Part shown: positions 1-13,924 of the stretch, piece by piece
Layout: each line of letters begins with the position of its first letter
How positions within the stretch are numbered: the stretch's first letter is position 1
Position numbers and translations under genes: made by a program
NCBI GenBank assembly: GCA_964188305.1
Contig: OZ076888.1
DNA: 64,000 nt
Origin: Podarcis bocagei
Taxonomy: Eukaryota
Direction: 5' to 3' (one strand)
Notes under the pieces: generated by a model
Told to the model about the DNA's origin: nothing
The model's database searches: none
What the model saw: only the letters and a program-made list of their open reading frames with translations

Positions 1-242
1 GCTTAATCTCAGGCTTGAAAGTGCTGCTTTTAATTTCTTATCCCAGTGCTCCGAGGCAAAGCATTCTGCACATGCTCAAAGGCATCATTTTTTCCCTTTT
101 TATATCATGTTAGTGCCTACCCTAGGGCAGAAAGGAACTTTGCCAGGTGCTATTGGAGGCATTTCTGGTAGGGATGGTGCCTCCTACTAGAAGGATCAGG
201 CAGGGTCTTCTGAAGCCTTCTGCTTCCTCTCCAGGGAGGAGT

Positions 243-404
243 TATCCCTCTTTCAAAGAGAACAACTACCAGACTTTTAGAAGACATCTGAAGGTAGCCC
301 TGTTTAGGAAAGCTTTTGATGCATTACTGTATTTTAATATTTTGTTGGAAGCCACTCAGAGTGGTTGGAGAAGCCCAGCCAGATGGGCGGGGTATAAATA
401 ATAA

Positions 405-485
<81 letters not shown>
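243..485 (+). mobile_element. LINE (L2-like) 3' end with (ATT)27 tail at 405-485
   Basis: ...CAGAGTGGTTGGAGAAGCCCAGCCAGATGGGCGGGGTATAAATAATAAA(ATT)n; the same end recurs at ~31770 and ~58600. Confidence 0.75.
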
Positions 486-1099
486 TCCAGTCCAATCCTG
501 CCTTCTCATCTATATCCTTTCTAGTGTTTGTTTTGTGTCAGTTTTGTGATCTTTTTCCTCCCCTCCCACCTTTTCTTCTTCTGATAAATACCCCTTTCTC
601 AGGGACCTTAGCATTCCCCTTCAGACTTTTCCCTACACGTTTCCTGAAATGAGAATGTGCCACTCCCTGCCCCTGCCACTATTATCATAATGCCCCCCCC
701 TCTGAACTTGAGAGCTGGGGCGTTCCTCAAAGTGCTGCTGCTCATCTTCTCTGCCCTGGATGGTGATGGTGGTGTTGGGGAGATGAACAACAACATTGCA
801 CACAGGAACGCTTCAGCTCTCCCCAAACTCAGCGAGAACCAGGGCACTCCTCAAGGTGTTGCCGCTTTTCTCCTCTGCCCCAGAGCTGGGAGAGACGAGA
901 AGCAATGCCACATGCCATAATTCCTCCCTCTCACCAGTGAGGGGGTGGGGTGTTCCGCCAGAGGCAGGCAGGGCACCAGCTCTTGTGCTTTTGCTACCTG
1001 AGCCAGGTGCTTTACCTCACCTCACCTCATTGGTGGTCTGGCTCTGACAGAGTGTGTCTGGAGAGACTGATCCTGACCCTCGATGCCTGCCTGATGGTT

Positions 1100-2250
1100 T
1101 GGCATGCTCTTCTCAACCAGGTAGTTACCCAGGGGGCAACAGCCTAGAGCTCTGGGCCATATCCCTGGGCCTGAAGTCTTTCACTTGAGCTGTTCAAGGC
1201 AGCCATCACTTCAGCTGGCCAGCGATAGACCCCTTTGCAAACCTGGTCATTGCAGTTTTGGGCATCCATCTTGTGCTCCCCTTGTGCAACATTGAAGGGA
1301 ATAGACATTCTATTGCACCATGGTCTTGGGGGTTCAACTATTAGCATTCTCTTTCCCCTCTGATTCCTTGTATGATCCAGAAGATTCAACCACTGTAGGC
1401 TTTGGTAGTCCTTGTGGCCTCATTATGACTGTAGAGGCCATTATCTCAATGTCTCATCATTTTGTCTGCGTGAAACCTGTGGATACTTCCAGTCCAGAGG
1501 AACTGTTGTTGCTATTTATTTAACAGTATGACAACTGAAAGACTTTGGCTGACTCAAATGGTTGTTTCTGTTGTGACTGCATTGTACTCTAGGAAGGCTC
1601 CCTCTTAACACATGTATAAACTCAGTAGGATTTTTCAGTCCTGGGGTTCTACTGTTAAGGTAGAGCCAGTGATTTCCTTGTAGCTGCCTGGTCACAAGGT
1701 CATTTTGCTGGTTGCAACTACATTGGTGAGTAGGGTTACATAGTTAGGAGTCTTTCATTGGACCCATAGTTGTGTGTTAACGAGGGTGGTGACTGGGAAT
1801 GGCTCTGTTCTTTCTCTGTTCACAGGCAGTAGTTTCACTCTCTTTTTATCATAATCCTTTACATTCTCACGAATCCAAATGGCACACACTGCCATTGGTA
1901 AGGAGAGCTCTGCGGTACTAGCTGCACAGAGCTTTGGAGTTTAAACTTTCTGAGACTCTTTTGTCTTCTTTCGCTCCCTAGAAATGGTTCTGCACTCAGT
2001 AGCCATCCTGCTTGCAGGAACACAGAGGGCTCTGCTGTTTTATTTGGATAGGTCTTGGGACACCAGGAGGTCTGAGTCTCACTCTGAGGACTTACAGGTC
2101 CCGCTGTACGAAAGTGAACTAATATCTATAGGCCACAATGTGTTGGTGAGGGGTGGCTGGGAGAGGATCCTTCCCTCTCTCTTTTCGGATTGTTCAGGAA
2201 GTGCATTTTCTCTATTATGTCAAATATTACAACTTCCTGGATAGGTTGAA
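1100..2250 (-). mobile_element. possible heavily decayed LTR/ERV-type internal (gag-region) fragment
   Basis: The minus strand gives stop-interrupted protein-like runs and a degenerate zinc-knuckle-like string (LCSCKQDGY*VQNH, ~1990-2030); no intact domain. Confidence 0.2.
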
Positions 2251-5200
2251 GGTCTTTCATAATTCACGCTTCTGTTATTCTTTATGCATGCCAAATGCAG
2301 GCTGTTAAACATAAATAAAACTTCCAGTGCCCAACCAGGAAAAATAAACTGCCAAGACTTGTCCATCCTCTAAAAGGAAATAGAATATATTTTCAAATTT
2401 TCTTCCTCATCAGTATATTTCCATTTGGTAGCTTTTCTTTGTGGCTCTGTTACATTGACACCTACGATTGTTATTCTGAAACACAGTTCTTTTCTTTTAT
2501 TCTGTGTTATTTTATTTCATTGTTGTAAGGCAATTTTCAGAATACAATTAAAATAGGATAGGAAGAAATAATTCTGCATTAACAGGACTGTGTGTGTTTT
2601 GGAATATAATTTTGCAATTCAGAATTTGGCAGCCTGGTAAGAACCTCAGCTTTTTATTTTAAAGCAAATATCCAGTCCTTGGGGTCTAGATATGCAATAT
2701 GGCAGGTGAAGTTTCAGAAGATAGTGGGTGTAAACAGGATTTTTCTAGGAGTTTAGAGAGTTACAGTGCCCTGCATAGCTTTTCACTGCATAGTCTTCAG
2801 CAGTTTACTTGACACGTTACCTTCCTTCCTGACTGTACATGTCTACTCAGAAGTAAATTCCACTGAGTTCATTGAGACTTAACTGCATCAAAGTGTGTTT
2901 GGGATTGCAGCCTTAGCTCTGCAAAATAAAGACATGTAGGAAAATAATTTATACAGGTTCTAAAACTTTATTTTAAAAAAAACCCAAAACCTGTTAGCTT
3001 CCACTAAGTGGAGCAGTTTTAGAACAATGAAAGTAGGAAAAATGAAAGTGCCAGGGACTGCAAAGAGTAGGCACAAACTAGGAAGATCAGCCCTTGAGAG
3101 CAGGTTATTTTGCTTAAAGCTGGAGAAGCTACAACTCAAGTGGTCACAAAGGGTTCTGAGTAAATTGCACACTCCTTTATCAGCAGAATTCTTTCTTATG
3201 CTTGGCTCTCACTTCTCTGGTTGTAAAAATGGGAATAATCATTGCCATAGCATTTGCGAAGATGAAAATAGTAAGGATTATAATGTATTTTGCAATCTGA
3301 AATCCATCTTAAAATGACAGGTATTCATAATGATCGCATGCTATGTGCAGCAGTCTCTTGGAGTTTCGTTTGAACTAGTGCTCCCTTAACAGGACATAGA
3401 TGATGAAATCTTCCATCCTGGAATATGAGAAGGAAAAATGTGAAGCCTGCCGACCTATGCACAGTTAGAAATAGGCTCCATTGAACTCCATGGGACTTAC
3501 TTCTGAGTGAACATGCAAAGGCTCAGGCTACATAGGAGGCAGTACACATCTCTGTACATATACAGAGTGCCTTTCCTTCATCAGTGAGCAGTTAGAGCCA
3601 AGGCCCACATTCCTGGGATGAGAGGACTGAGTTTCTTGTTCAGAACGTATGTGTTTAAGGCAGGTTTTAGTTCCAGCACCTTCCCTTTTTAAAGTTAATA
3701 TCTAGGGGCTTCTTAACCAGATAATGTGAGTTATTGTGTAATGGTCTGAATGAGGCAAAGGCCTGTTGGTGACATAGAAAGCTCCATTCCAGCACCTCGT
3801 AGGTCTCTGAAATGTAGGTGGTCATCTTACAGAAGTAATGGTCACTGTTATTAAGAGCCACTATACAACTGAAAGTTCAGGGCTACCATTAAGTAGTAAA
3901 TCATATTACTCATATATTGAGAAATGCTATTTCAAAGGCAAAGCGCTATGGAATAAATACACTTGGGTTTAGCTTTGAGACAATGGAGAGCTTGTGTAAA
4001 ATGGATACAAGGTGAAAGTAATTTTTAAACTTCTATTTTCAAAGAGTTTTGTGACCCATTTTGGCTCCTTTACTTGATGTCCTTCCACTGCTTTTTTGAT
4101 TTTTTTAAAAAAAGACTCTTACCATTATATCAGGTCCAGAAAAAAAATCCCTGCTTTCCACAAGAAGGTAATTCTGCGTGTTTTTGTATAAAAAGAAGAG
4201 TGAGACATATGTGACGTTAGGAGTGCCTATTGCAACCATATTAAAATGGCTAGCAATCTCTCTCCCCCCCTCCCCCATTCCACTAGCATACAATTTGGCA
4301 CAAACATTTTGAGGTCAGATATTACATGTGCTTTTGTTTTCTTTGTCAAGAAATAGTAGGACTGTCAATAGCTATCAGCCAGGATAGCTAAATGAAACTT
4401 CCATGTTCAGAGGCAGCATGCTGCTGATTATCAGAAGGCTGCCAAATGCCTCTGGGAAGCTCAAACGTGTGGCATGAAGGCAATAGCCTTGCTCTGTTCC
4501 AGGCACTTGGGGAAGCCTATTGCACAGAGGTCACACTTGCAAGTTTCCCAAAGCCCTTCTTGGAAGCAGAATCCTGAACTGGATGGACCTTGGGTCGAAT
4601 ACATAGGACAGCTATTAACGTTATAACGTTATGTGCTTGAAGTCTTGTGATTAGGTGACACATTTTTACTTTTATTACAAAAATGCATTCAATCTGTTTT
4701 AAAGGGAAAAAACGTTGAAGTGTTTTAGCTTCTTACTGTCTCCTGTAAAGCAAAATGTAATACACGATTGCAACAGAAAGGATGTCATTTGCATGAAATT
4801 AGAGTACTGTATGTTAATTAGCTGCCCCATTCCACCCTTGCAATGCACATTCTGCTGCTCTCCCCTAATTTAGAGATCAAGGATCCTAGGTTGTTTTCAT
4901 GTGCAATTTATTTGAAAATCTCCATATATGTGTGTATGTGTGTTAAGCAGCTGATACATTGTACTTCTTAAAATCTGCTCTTTGGTCTCAGTCAGTTACA
5001 TGATAGCAAAGGACAATCGCATTAGTTTCAAAATTGCAGACAGTGACTTGCTTGACAGCAGCCCAAAGAGGAGTCCTGTCTCTTAAAAGTGAAGCAGGGA
5101 AGCTTCCTAGTTCTGTCTGTCAGAAGAAGATCCCCTTCTCAATTTACAACCTGTGAACAAGACGCCTGCACAACTTCACAGGAACCAGTCAGAGCCATTT

Positions 5201-6737
5201 CATTGTTCATGGAGTTCAGATGCCATCACCCCCCACCACGCTGACCAACTTTTAAAAGTCTTGCTGCACCATTCAGACACCAATGCCCGCCTTCGTCTGT
5301 TTCCCCCTCGTGCTGCCAGGTGTCTTTACCCTGCTGTGTGGCAAGGCTGGCCCTGAATGGGCCCAAATGGTTCAAAGCTTGCTGCATGAGGAGAGCAGCA
5401 AGCTACCTTTGCCACCCCAGGCAATGTTGTGTAGATGACAGGACATAAAAAACTAGAGCAACAGCATTGTCACTAAGGGCTAAATCTCAGCTGCATCTCT
5501 GGTCATTGATTGTGATGACCTGCATGTGTGAATGGTCCATCAGAGGTTAATTGGCAAACAGACATTTTTTGCTACTCAACACAATACCTTTCAGGAGTCT
5601 GGTTGTTTTCTGACAACTATAAACTCCACTTCTTAACCTTTGGTACTTAAATTAAAAGCCAAAGGAAGGACAAAAGGAAGTCCATCTATTGCATACAACC
5701 TGTACATCTTGCCGTCATTCTTCCAACACTCTGTAAGTCAGCAGTTCAGTCGTGTCTTGGGCTCATCAGCCCATAACTTACTATTCCCTTTCAAATGCAC
5801 CAAGGCCATTAGATCTGGAGAAAAGTCAGATTTAAATACATTTATCTTAATAAATGGAAAAGCAAGTGTTGCTTAAAGCAAATATTCAGTGCATGCGATG
5901 TTGACATCAGATTTATTTGCAGGACTTAAAAGCTGGCCTTACTTAAATCTGTTTCAGCCGTGGATCAAATGAATTTGGTTGTCCCAACCTGGCCCCCAGT
6001 GAATCAAAGTCCACATCACCAACTCACAGCATCATTTGTCACAATTGGCAGTATCTGCTCATGAGAAAATTATGTGAGCACGGGCTGCAGAGTAGGCTTG
6101 AGGTGCATTATCAGAGCTGTATGGGGAAGCCTGCAGCAGGCTTGCCCTTGCTCCAGCAGGACTTGCTCCACTTTACTCTTGTTTTCATAAGGCCCAATAA
6201 ATATCAAGTTAAAGCTGAGAATGAGTTTGAGCTCATTTAACTGTGCTTCTGTTTTGCCATTCATGTTAAGTCACCTTTTCAAAAGTCCCAAATGTGTACT
6301 CCAAATCACTAGTGTGATTGTCACATTCTTTCGCTGTCTCTCACTCTATCAGATACATTATGAAAATGACTTTTGCATATTAACTACAAAAACTAAGGAA
6401 CTGCTTCATGGATTTCCCAGCTGAATTGCATGAGAAACATTAACATATTTGGTGATTCAGAAAGGTGGAGGGAAGGGAGGGAGCAGAGGCAGAGAAAGCA
6501 ATAAGGACTTTTGCATATTTGTTTTTCTGACCCAATCAAATATGCACACAAACCAGGAGGGAAATGAGTGAAGGAGGTGTACCATAATAGTGTTTATTTC
6601 ACAAACTGTGTCCCTTTTGGGTATAGGGATCCCATTGATTTGCCCATAGCTTACTCCAAAGCTCATCTTCTCCTGTGCTGGACAGGGTACAGGTGTAGAG
6701 CCGATCAGAAGGTGAGCTATTTGACTCTGTGTCAAAC

Positions 6738-7031
6738 GGGTGAGCTCCTGTTGCTCTGTCCCAGCTTCTGCCAACCTAGCAGTTCAAAAGAACACCAGTG
6801 CAAGTAGATAAATAGGTACCGCTGTGGCAGGAAGGTAAACAGTGTTTCCATGCGCTCTGGCACCTGTCAAGGTCCTCCATGTGCCAGAAGCAGTTTAGTC
6901 ATGCTGGCCACATGACCTGGAAAGCTGTCTGTGGACAAACACTGGCTCCCTTGGCCTGAAGTGAGATGAGCGCTGCACCCCATAGTTGCCTTTGACTGGA
7001 CTTAACTGTCCAGGGGTCCTTTATACCTTTA
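6738..7031 (+). mobile_element. Sauria SINE (5'-truncated)
   Basis: Diagnostic motifs GTGCAAGTAGATAAATAGGTACC, TTAGTCATGCTGGCCACATGACC, GAGATGAGCGC and 3' CCAGGGGTCCTTTATACCTTT. Confidence 0.85.
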
Positions 7032-10000
7032 GAGGGGTCAGAAGATCCCTTAAACATAACAAACATTATTGGGTGGGCTTTTTATAACATTAATTTCATT
7101 AAACTGCGGTTTATTTGTAAATACAGATCTAGTAACAGATTAATTACCCTTTAACCCATTTTAACCATGCATTTTCTGCACATTTAAATTTGTTAAAGGG
7201 TGGTAAAAGGTCAAGTTTCTTAATTTTTCCATGCATGTTTGAATGGTAAATTGAGCTTCTATGAGTCTTTGAAAGGAAAAAGCAACCCATTATTTCTTAC
7301 ATTATTTTGTTACTCTGCGTTAATCCACTATACTCTGGCCCTAAGTATACTGACTCGTATTTAAGTCTCAATAATTTCAGTGAAACTGATTATTCAGAAG
7401 GTACCTCTTGCAACATGCATGCAGGGGTTTTAAACTTTTAAAGATGCCCCTGTAGCTGTGCCTTTAACAGCATTTTGATCACCAGACATCTCCCTGCAAG
7501 GAAAGCTTCAGTTGCTGATTTCTAACCAGTCAAACTGCTGTTAAGAACACAAGAGCAGCCCAAGCCCCCACCCCCTCCCTTTTATCATTTGGCCACTGTA
7601 CACTGAAGGGGTGAGGTGGGTTAGTGTCCTGGGAAGAGGACTGAAACATGCCCCACTTCAGACATAAATTTTCCTGAGCAATTAGCTGCATCAGTGTCAT
7701 GTAGCCCAATCCTGTTCCTGTTTACTCAGAGGTAAATCTCAGTGGAACTCAGGCTAAGTATGCAAAAGGTTTCAGCATTCATCTTAATGTCAATGCATAC
7801 ACACTCCTCCCTGTAAGTTTACTGATTCTGAGAATGGGCCCCTTTAGGCTTCCTTTACAATGCAGTATGTAAATTGGTGAATCAACCCAAGTCAGCTAGG
7901 GACCAATTAACATGTTCCTCCATGACCTTTTGAGACCATGGCAGCCATGGTTTTTCACTGACCTGTTACTTCTATCCACACTAAGCCTGTTGTGTATTTT
8001 GACCACCACTAGACTGAACTCAGACAAATTTACTTCTGGCGCTTGATCATAACCCCAGCTATTTCAAATGGCTGCAGTCAGGAATCAAAATAGTCTTTGC
8101 TGTGTTGTGGGTGGTGGAGTGATTAGCCTTTCTTGCTGACCCCTCCCAGCTTTTAAAGTCTAGAATGTCTTTATGCTCTCTTTTGACTAGAAACACATTG
8201 CCTTGTTGTGCTGAGTGCCTATGTTTCATATCCCATTAGTTTTTAGACAAATTTTAAGATGAGCCAAAATTCAGGAGAAACAGCGAAAGGCTTGTTGTCT
8301 TTCCTTTTTAATTTGTGCAGGTTTGTGCCGAACAGATCAGACCTTTAAAAAAATCTGCAATATCATAGTGTTTCCTTTCCTTTAAAAACAAAATGGGGGA
8401 GGGGAGGAAGGCTTTTTGGTGTACGTGTTAAGGCAGCGTTTTTCTTTGCGAGACCTTGCTGTGAAGTTCTAATATGTCACCATTCAAATGTCAGCATGCT
8501 GTTGGAAAGGAAGCTAATAACTTAAACCTTTGAGAGCTGCCAACAAAAGAGGTAATTCAGATTGTGGAGAGAATGCCATTGTGTTCTTAGGGGAAATAGA
8601 TTTCCAGAATGAAACATGCTACTTGGAAGCATTTGTCTTTTGTGTGTGTGGAAAGGGGCGACGGGGGTGGGGGTGGGGAATGTAGATTATAAACCTAAAA
8701 GATGGTTTGGCTAAGATAGCTCTCACTTTGGAGAACTAAAGGAGGAAAAGGGAGTTGACAGAAGTGGGAGTGGAAACTCCAGAAGCCTCAAATCTCTACT
8801 TTTATGGGGAAGGTGCGTAGCTAACAGTCAGCAGCCTGCACATTGTATGATTAATGCTTTTTTCTTAGAGCTTTTGCCTTTGGAGAGGCAGCCACAATGT
8901 GGCCTTAGCTTGTTCTCTGGAAATGTCATGTAACATACAAATTCCTTCTGTTTATCCCAACACCACTCGACGATATATGACTTGGCTTCTTCAGGTGGTT
9001 GAACTACTGCTAGTATTAAAAAGAAAAACAACAATACTGCATTTTTAACGGTGGGGGCAGGAAAGAAGCAAATAAACCTGGAGTAATGCAATACTCTTCA
9101 TTAAGGTATTTGTAGACAGCCCCCCCCCCCCCAGCACATAGTTGTGGTCAGGCTTTTTCTGAGAAAAGAAACAATTGGGTTTTAGAGCCACCTACTGGAG
9201 CTGTATAAGAACTGCGTGCACATACAGTCAATAGTTTTGAGCAATGTGGATTTTTCCCATTGGTGTGGGTCACTGAAACTTCTGCCTTTTCCCTACAGTC
9301 TCCGAGAACTTCCTCTAGGCCGACAAGTGTTCAAAATACTTGTTTCCTTTGAACCCCCCTCCCCATTGTTGTATCCTCCTAGTATTAAGAGTTGTCACAA
9401 AATTATTTTTAAAAAGTAAAAGAGAAGGCTTGCTTTGAGTTTGATAAATGAACAGAGGTAGCCAGTGCTTTTAGAATTAGTTTGAATATCTTATTTAAAC
9501 ATTTGTCTTTTATCAAAGTCCCATGAAAACTGTTCTTCGTAATGCAGGTTCTGAGTGAAACAATAAGACAGTGAGCTTTTCTTCCTAAAGTCATCTTTTT
9601 ATAGGCCTTTGGGGATCACAGATAAGGTTCTCCTACCCCTAAAGGGCAGCCAGCAGGGCTGGGACCAGTGAGGTTCCCCTCTGAGCGCCTGGGCTCTCAG
9701 CCAGTGCCCCACCTGCCCCACTGCTGGAATTAGCTGATTTGGTTTTCCTTCCTATTCCTTTTCAGAGCATAACCATCAGGTTAGGTTTCCTTCCTTCTTC
9801 ACTACAGGCTGCAAATTCAAACGTGCAAATGATGCTTTGATGTTTGATGGGGCTGTTTAGGTGGAGTTTTCCTTTTCACACAGGAAGCTAAGACTGTGAT
9901 CCGAGGTATATCTACCAGGACTAACCTGGAAATGCAAGCTTAACCAAGTAAAGCTCTGCAGAACAATTCTGCACATCCCTGTGGATCAGGTTGCATAGTA

Positions 10001-10783
10001 AACTTTGAGTGATATCTGGCTATGTGCTTACCCAAGGCATTGCAGTTGTTCTTTGTGATTAATTTGGTGTATCCCAATGCTTATAATACAGACTGGATTG
10101 TCATTCTATTATTGACTTCCTACCTATTTGCTCAATGGAATTATCACTCACCCCCTGCTGGTGTAACTAGGAGAAAAGTTGATCCTTGTGTGTGGTGTGC
10201 CTTTATTTTTTTAAAAAGACTGCATTTGAATATACCTGTCTTCTCAGTTGGCACTTCAGTAAGAAATTTTATTCAATGAATTACCTGTACAGCCCATGTT
10301 ATAGGAAGATTTGTGAATTGTCAGCAAGCATTAATAATACTTTGCTTGTCACACAGCTTGCTCTTGAGCATATTTCTTGATGGAAATACAGCTTTCTTTG
10401 CATAGGAATAATAGCTATTGGGATAAATCTTCTGCCAGATTATTTTGGCTTCGGGACTGCTACTGAGTAACACTATTTGTGCTTCTGGCCCAGTGCTGTC
10501 CACTTTTAATTAGCAACAGCAATCCAAGATCTCAGAGGACTTTCCCAGCAAAGTTGGTTGGTAGGTAGATAGATACCTGAGATCCTTTTTCTACCTGAAA
10601 GTGCGAGGAACTAAATGAGACCTTCTGCATGCAAAAATGTGCTCTACCGCTGAATTGTGGCCACTCCTTTGTGGCACCAACATGGCCAATATGACCTCAT
10701 ATTTTTGCTGCAACATATATGTAGAAAATCCCCTCTTGGTTACTGTGTGCTTCTTGTCACTTACTTGCCATTCTCTCTGTCAG

Positions 10784-10886
10784 ATATATTACAGAGTGGT
10801 GAAAGACATCGAAGCTGGAGAAGAGCTCCTTCTGTTCATGAAGACTGAAGACTATTTACACGATCCTATGGCTCCAGACATTCATG
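10784..10886 (+). CDS. MECOM: MECOM exon: end of PR/SET domain plus EVI1 start codon (ATG 10838), 103 nt
   Basis: ctgtcag|ATATAT...ATTCATG|gtcagc; IYYRVVKDIEAGEELLLFMKTEDYLHDPMAPDIH. Confidence 0.96.
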
Positions 10887-11017
10887 GTCAGCAATTTCTT
10901 ATGGCAGATTGTCAAATAACTTATACAGAAAGTTCCCTAATTATCAGCACTTAGAGCAAATTTATCCTCTCGCATTGGTCGAAGGCCACTGAGAGTAATG
11001 ACTGATTTGCTTTACAG

Positions 11018-11234
11018 AGGAGCGTCAGTATCGGTGTGAAGACTGTGACCAGCTGTTTGAGTCCAAAGCAGATCTCGTGGACCATCAGAAATTCCCATGC
11101 AGCACACCTCACTCAGCGTTTTCGATGGTGGATGAGGAATTTCAGCCAAAGCTTGACAAGGAGAATGACCTCCATGATATGCATGACATTCAAGAGTGCA
11201 AAGAATGTGACCAAGTGTTTTCTGATGTGCAAAG
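11018..11234 (+). CDS. MECOM: MECOM exon: ZF1 and start of ZF2, 217 nt
   Basis: ttacag|AGGAG...CAAAG|gtagga; [28 protein letters not shown]...[14 protein letters not shown]. Confidence 0.97.
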
Positions 11235-11299
11235 GTAGGAACAGGCATATTTTAAGAGAAACAAAACACACATAGACACCATATAAAATATATATATAT

Positions 11300-11329
11300 G
11301 GTAAAAGGTAAAGGACCCCTGGACGGTTA
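11300..11329 (-). mobile_element. Sauria SINE 3'-tail fragment
   Basis: GGTAAAAGGTAAAGGACCCCTGGACGGTTA is the reverse complement of the SINE 3' end seen at ~7005-7031. Confidence 0.6.
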
Positions 11330-13253
11330 CGAAAGACCCAAATCAATCTTTATTTTATTTCAAAATTTATTTATTTTATTTCTGTTTTTATTTTGAAATA
11401 TTTAGTAACTGATGATAATTAGAGAATTCCATAGCGGTTTGCAACTTAAAAATAGCTAGTAAAATTGCCAATAAGAAAACATAAAGTAATTCAAACAAAA
11501 ACTAACAATAAGCCAACAGCAGAAAGTGAGGAATTACTGCACAGTAGAGGATAGTGTGTAAACCAGTCATCAGGTCTTGATTCATAACAAACAAACAAAT
11601 AACCCATGTTTGCCAAAAGACAGCAGTGCTTGTCTTGATGTTTTTAGAAATAGAGTTCTAGAATCTTGGGGTTCCTGATCATGTCTAATACAGATTTCAC
11701 ACAAAAAATGGAAGGGAACTGATCTCATGGTGTCAAGTGGGGGGGGGGACGACTCATATAGGAGGATATGTCCTTGCTGTGCTCAGTGAGTATGCAATGC
11801 CTAGAGAGGTCAAAAGCTACAAAGTTGGCAAGATCTACACTTCTAGTGTTGGTGGTGATGGAAGAGGTCAGAGATGCACTTTGAGTATTTGCTAGAGGAC
11901 AAGGAATAAATATGTAAAAGTTGGTGTTTTAAGATTTACAGCTGCAGTTTTCATCTAAATTATTTTAAGTTCCAGCTAATTATGAAGGCAGTGTCTGGTT
12001 TTGAAAGTCAGCGCACAAACAGAAACCATTTTCAGGCCAGGGTTCTCTTGGATAAGTGAGCACATCCGCTGTTTGGAAACTACAATATCACTGCAGCAAA
12101 ATGCAAGCTTGAGGGAAGATGTCTGGACTTCAGGAACAGATGGATGACAACTCTGCCTGACTTGTGCTTAGAAAACTCTTCTTTGGGGAAGGCCTTTAAG
12201 GGTATTAAAGGCTCAGAACAAAGACCAGAAAAAAATATATCAGCAAAAGACAAATCATAAATTGCTCTGCCACTGAGAGGGAGAGGGTGAAAAATGAGAA
12301 CCGTCAGCCTGGCTGAAAAACATTTAAATTATTTAAAGTCCAATACATGACAGAAACAGTTCAAGGAAAAAGAATATAGAGAAAATATTCTATTTCAAAA
12401 AAATGTTCAGGTGGCAATTGGAATTGTTGATATATATGTAAGCTGGTGTATGTGTAATTAATAGGGGGGGACGGGGACGGGACAGCCAAACACCATTTTA
12501 AATCTATGTTGTGGATTAATGGTGGAAGTAATAGTAAATTACATGTGAAATATTATGAAAGAAAACAGTAACATTAAATAAGACGAGAAGCATGACTCAT
12601 AGCTACACATAACAGTGACAGATTGGATTCTACAGCAGATGCAGAATAATATTACTTATTTATTTATCTGGAATGTTTCTAATCCTGCTTTTCAATCCAG
12701 AGGCTCTTAAAGCAGCTAACACACATTAAAAAAACAATCAGTCCAATTAAAAATTACAAGGAAACCAAACAGAGTGGCAAAATATGTTAGTATCAAGACA
12801 GGTGAAAAATCTAAAAAGCTACAATATAATAAAAATTATTCTATATTGTAAAATATAATTTAAACATGTAAAGGCCTGGCCTTCACCTGTTGCCCAAAAG
12901 ACATTAAACTCTCATGTTTTGGTTGAGTCAAATAAGATATCGCTGCAAAAGCCATATGCCACTGGATCAGTCGGCAGTGAGAGCCTCTCTTTCTAGTGCA
13001 TCCTCTCCTAAGGGCCATTTCATATGTTGAGAAAAGACGTAGCAATGTATTGGCTGAGTGTGCTGCACACACATTAAGAGGTTCTTACTCCTCCAAGAAC
13101 TGCTTCTAAGGTTTGATTCATTGAAGCATTTGTAATATGGGATAGTCAATACGGATTAAATTTTTCACTAAATAGGTTGAAGCAGTCTTGTGAATAGTCC
13201 AAATTAGAGGCCGCACTTCTTAACAACTACAAAAAGTGTATATTCTATTTAGA

Positions 13254-13460
13254 GGAAGCAGAGTCCTACTGGATCAGACCAAGAAGGCCCATCTAGTCTG
13301 CCAATCTGTTCTCACAGTAGCCTACCAGATGCCTATGGGAAACTCACAAGCAAGAGACGCGTGCTCTCTTGCTTGTGTTGCCTAGCTGCTGGTACTCAGA
13401 GGCTTATCGCCTCTGATCCAGGAGGTAATACATAATCACCATGACTAGTAGCCATTGATA
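13254..13460 (-). mobile_element. CR1-like LINE 3' fragment (related copies ~4378-4610 in the opposite orientation and 34937-35050)
   Basis: Shared motif CTGGATCAGRCC...GGCCCATCTAGTC...TTCTCACAG...CCAGATGCCT...GGAA. Confidence 0.55.
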
Positions 13461-13729
13461 ACCACCATCTCTATCACACCCCCTCTTACGTGTCCTTTTC
13501 CTAAGCAAAAAACACTGTAACCTCAAAGTTTATTGATTTCAATAAATCTACTCTGACTGTGACTAACATTGTGCAATCCTATGGGTGATATTTGTCGTAG
13601 GAGTGGAGATTCTTATTCTATGACTGCTTTGATTCCCTGAACTGAAATAAGTTCCTCTTCCTGAAATAGGCTCCTGTCTCTTCACTTCTTGGAACAGGAA
13701 AAATGTCTATGTAGTTCCAAAAAGCTTGA

Positions 13730-13924
<195 letters not shown>

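Noticed and set aside
316-549. Poly-Leu / poly-Asn ORFs
   Set aside because: These are translations of the (ATT)n LINE tail, not genes.
1-10783. Upstream MECOM PR-domain exon and EVI1 promoter
   Set aside because: I found no matching peptide or CpG island by eye; they probably lie 5' of the window.
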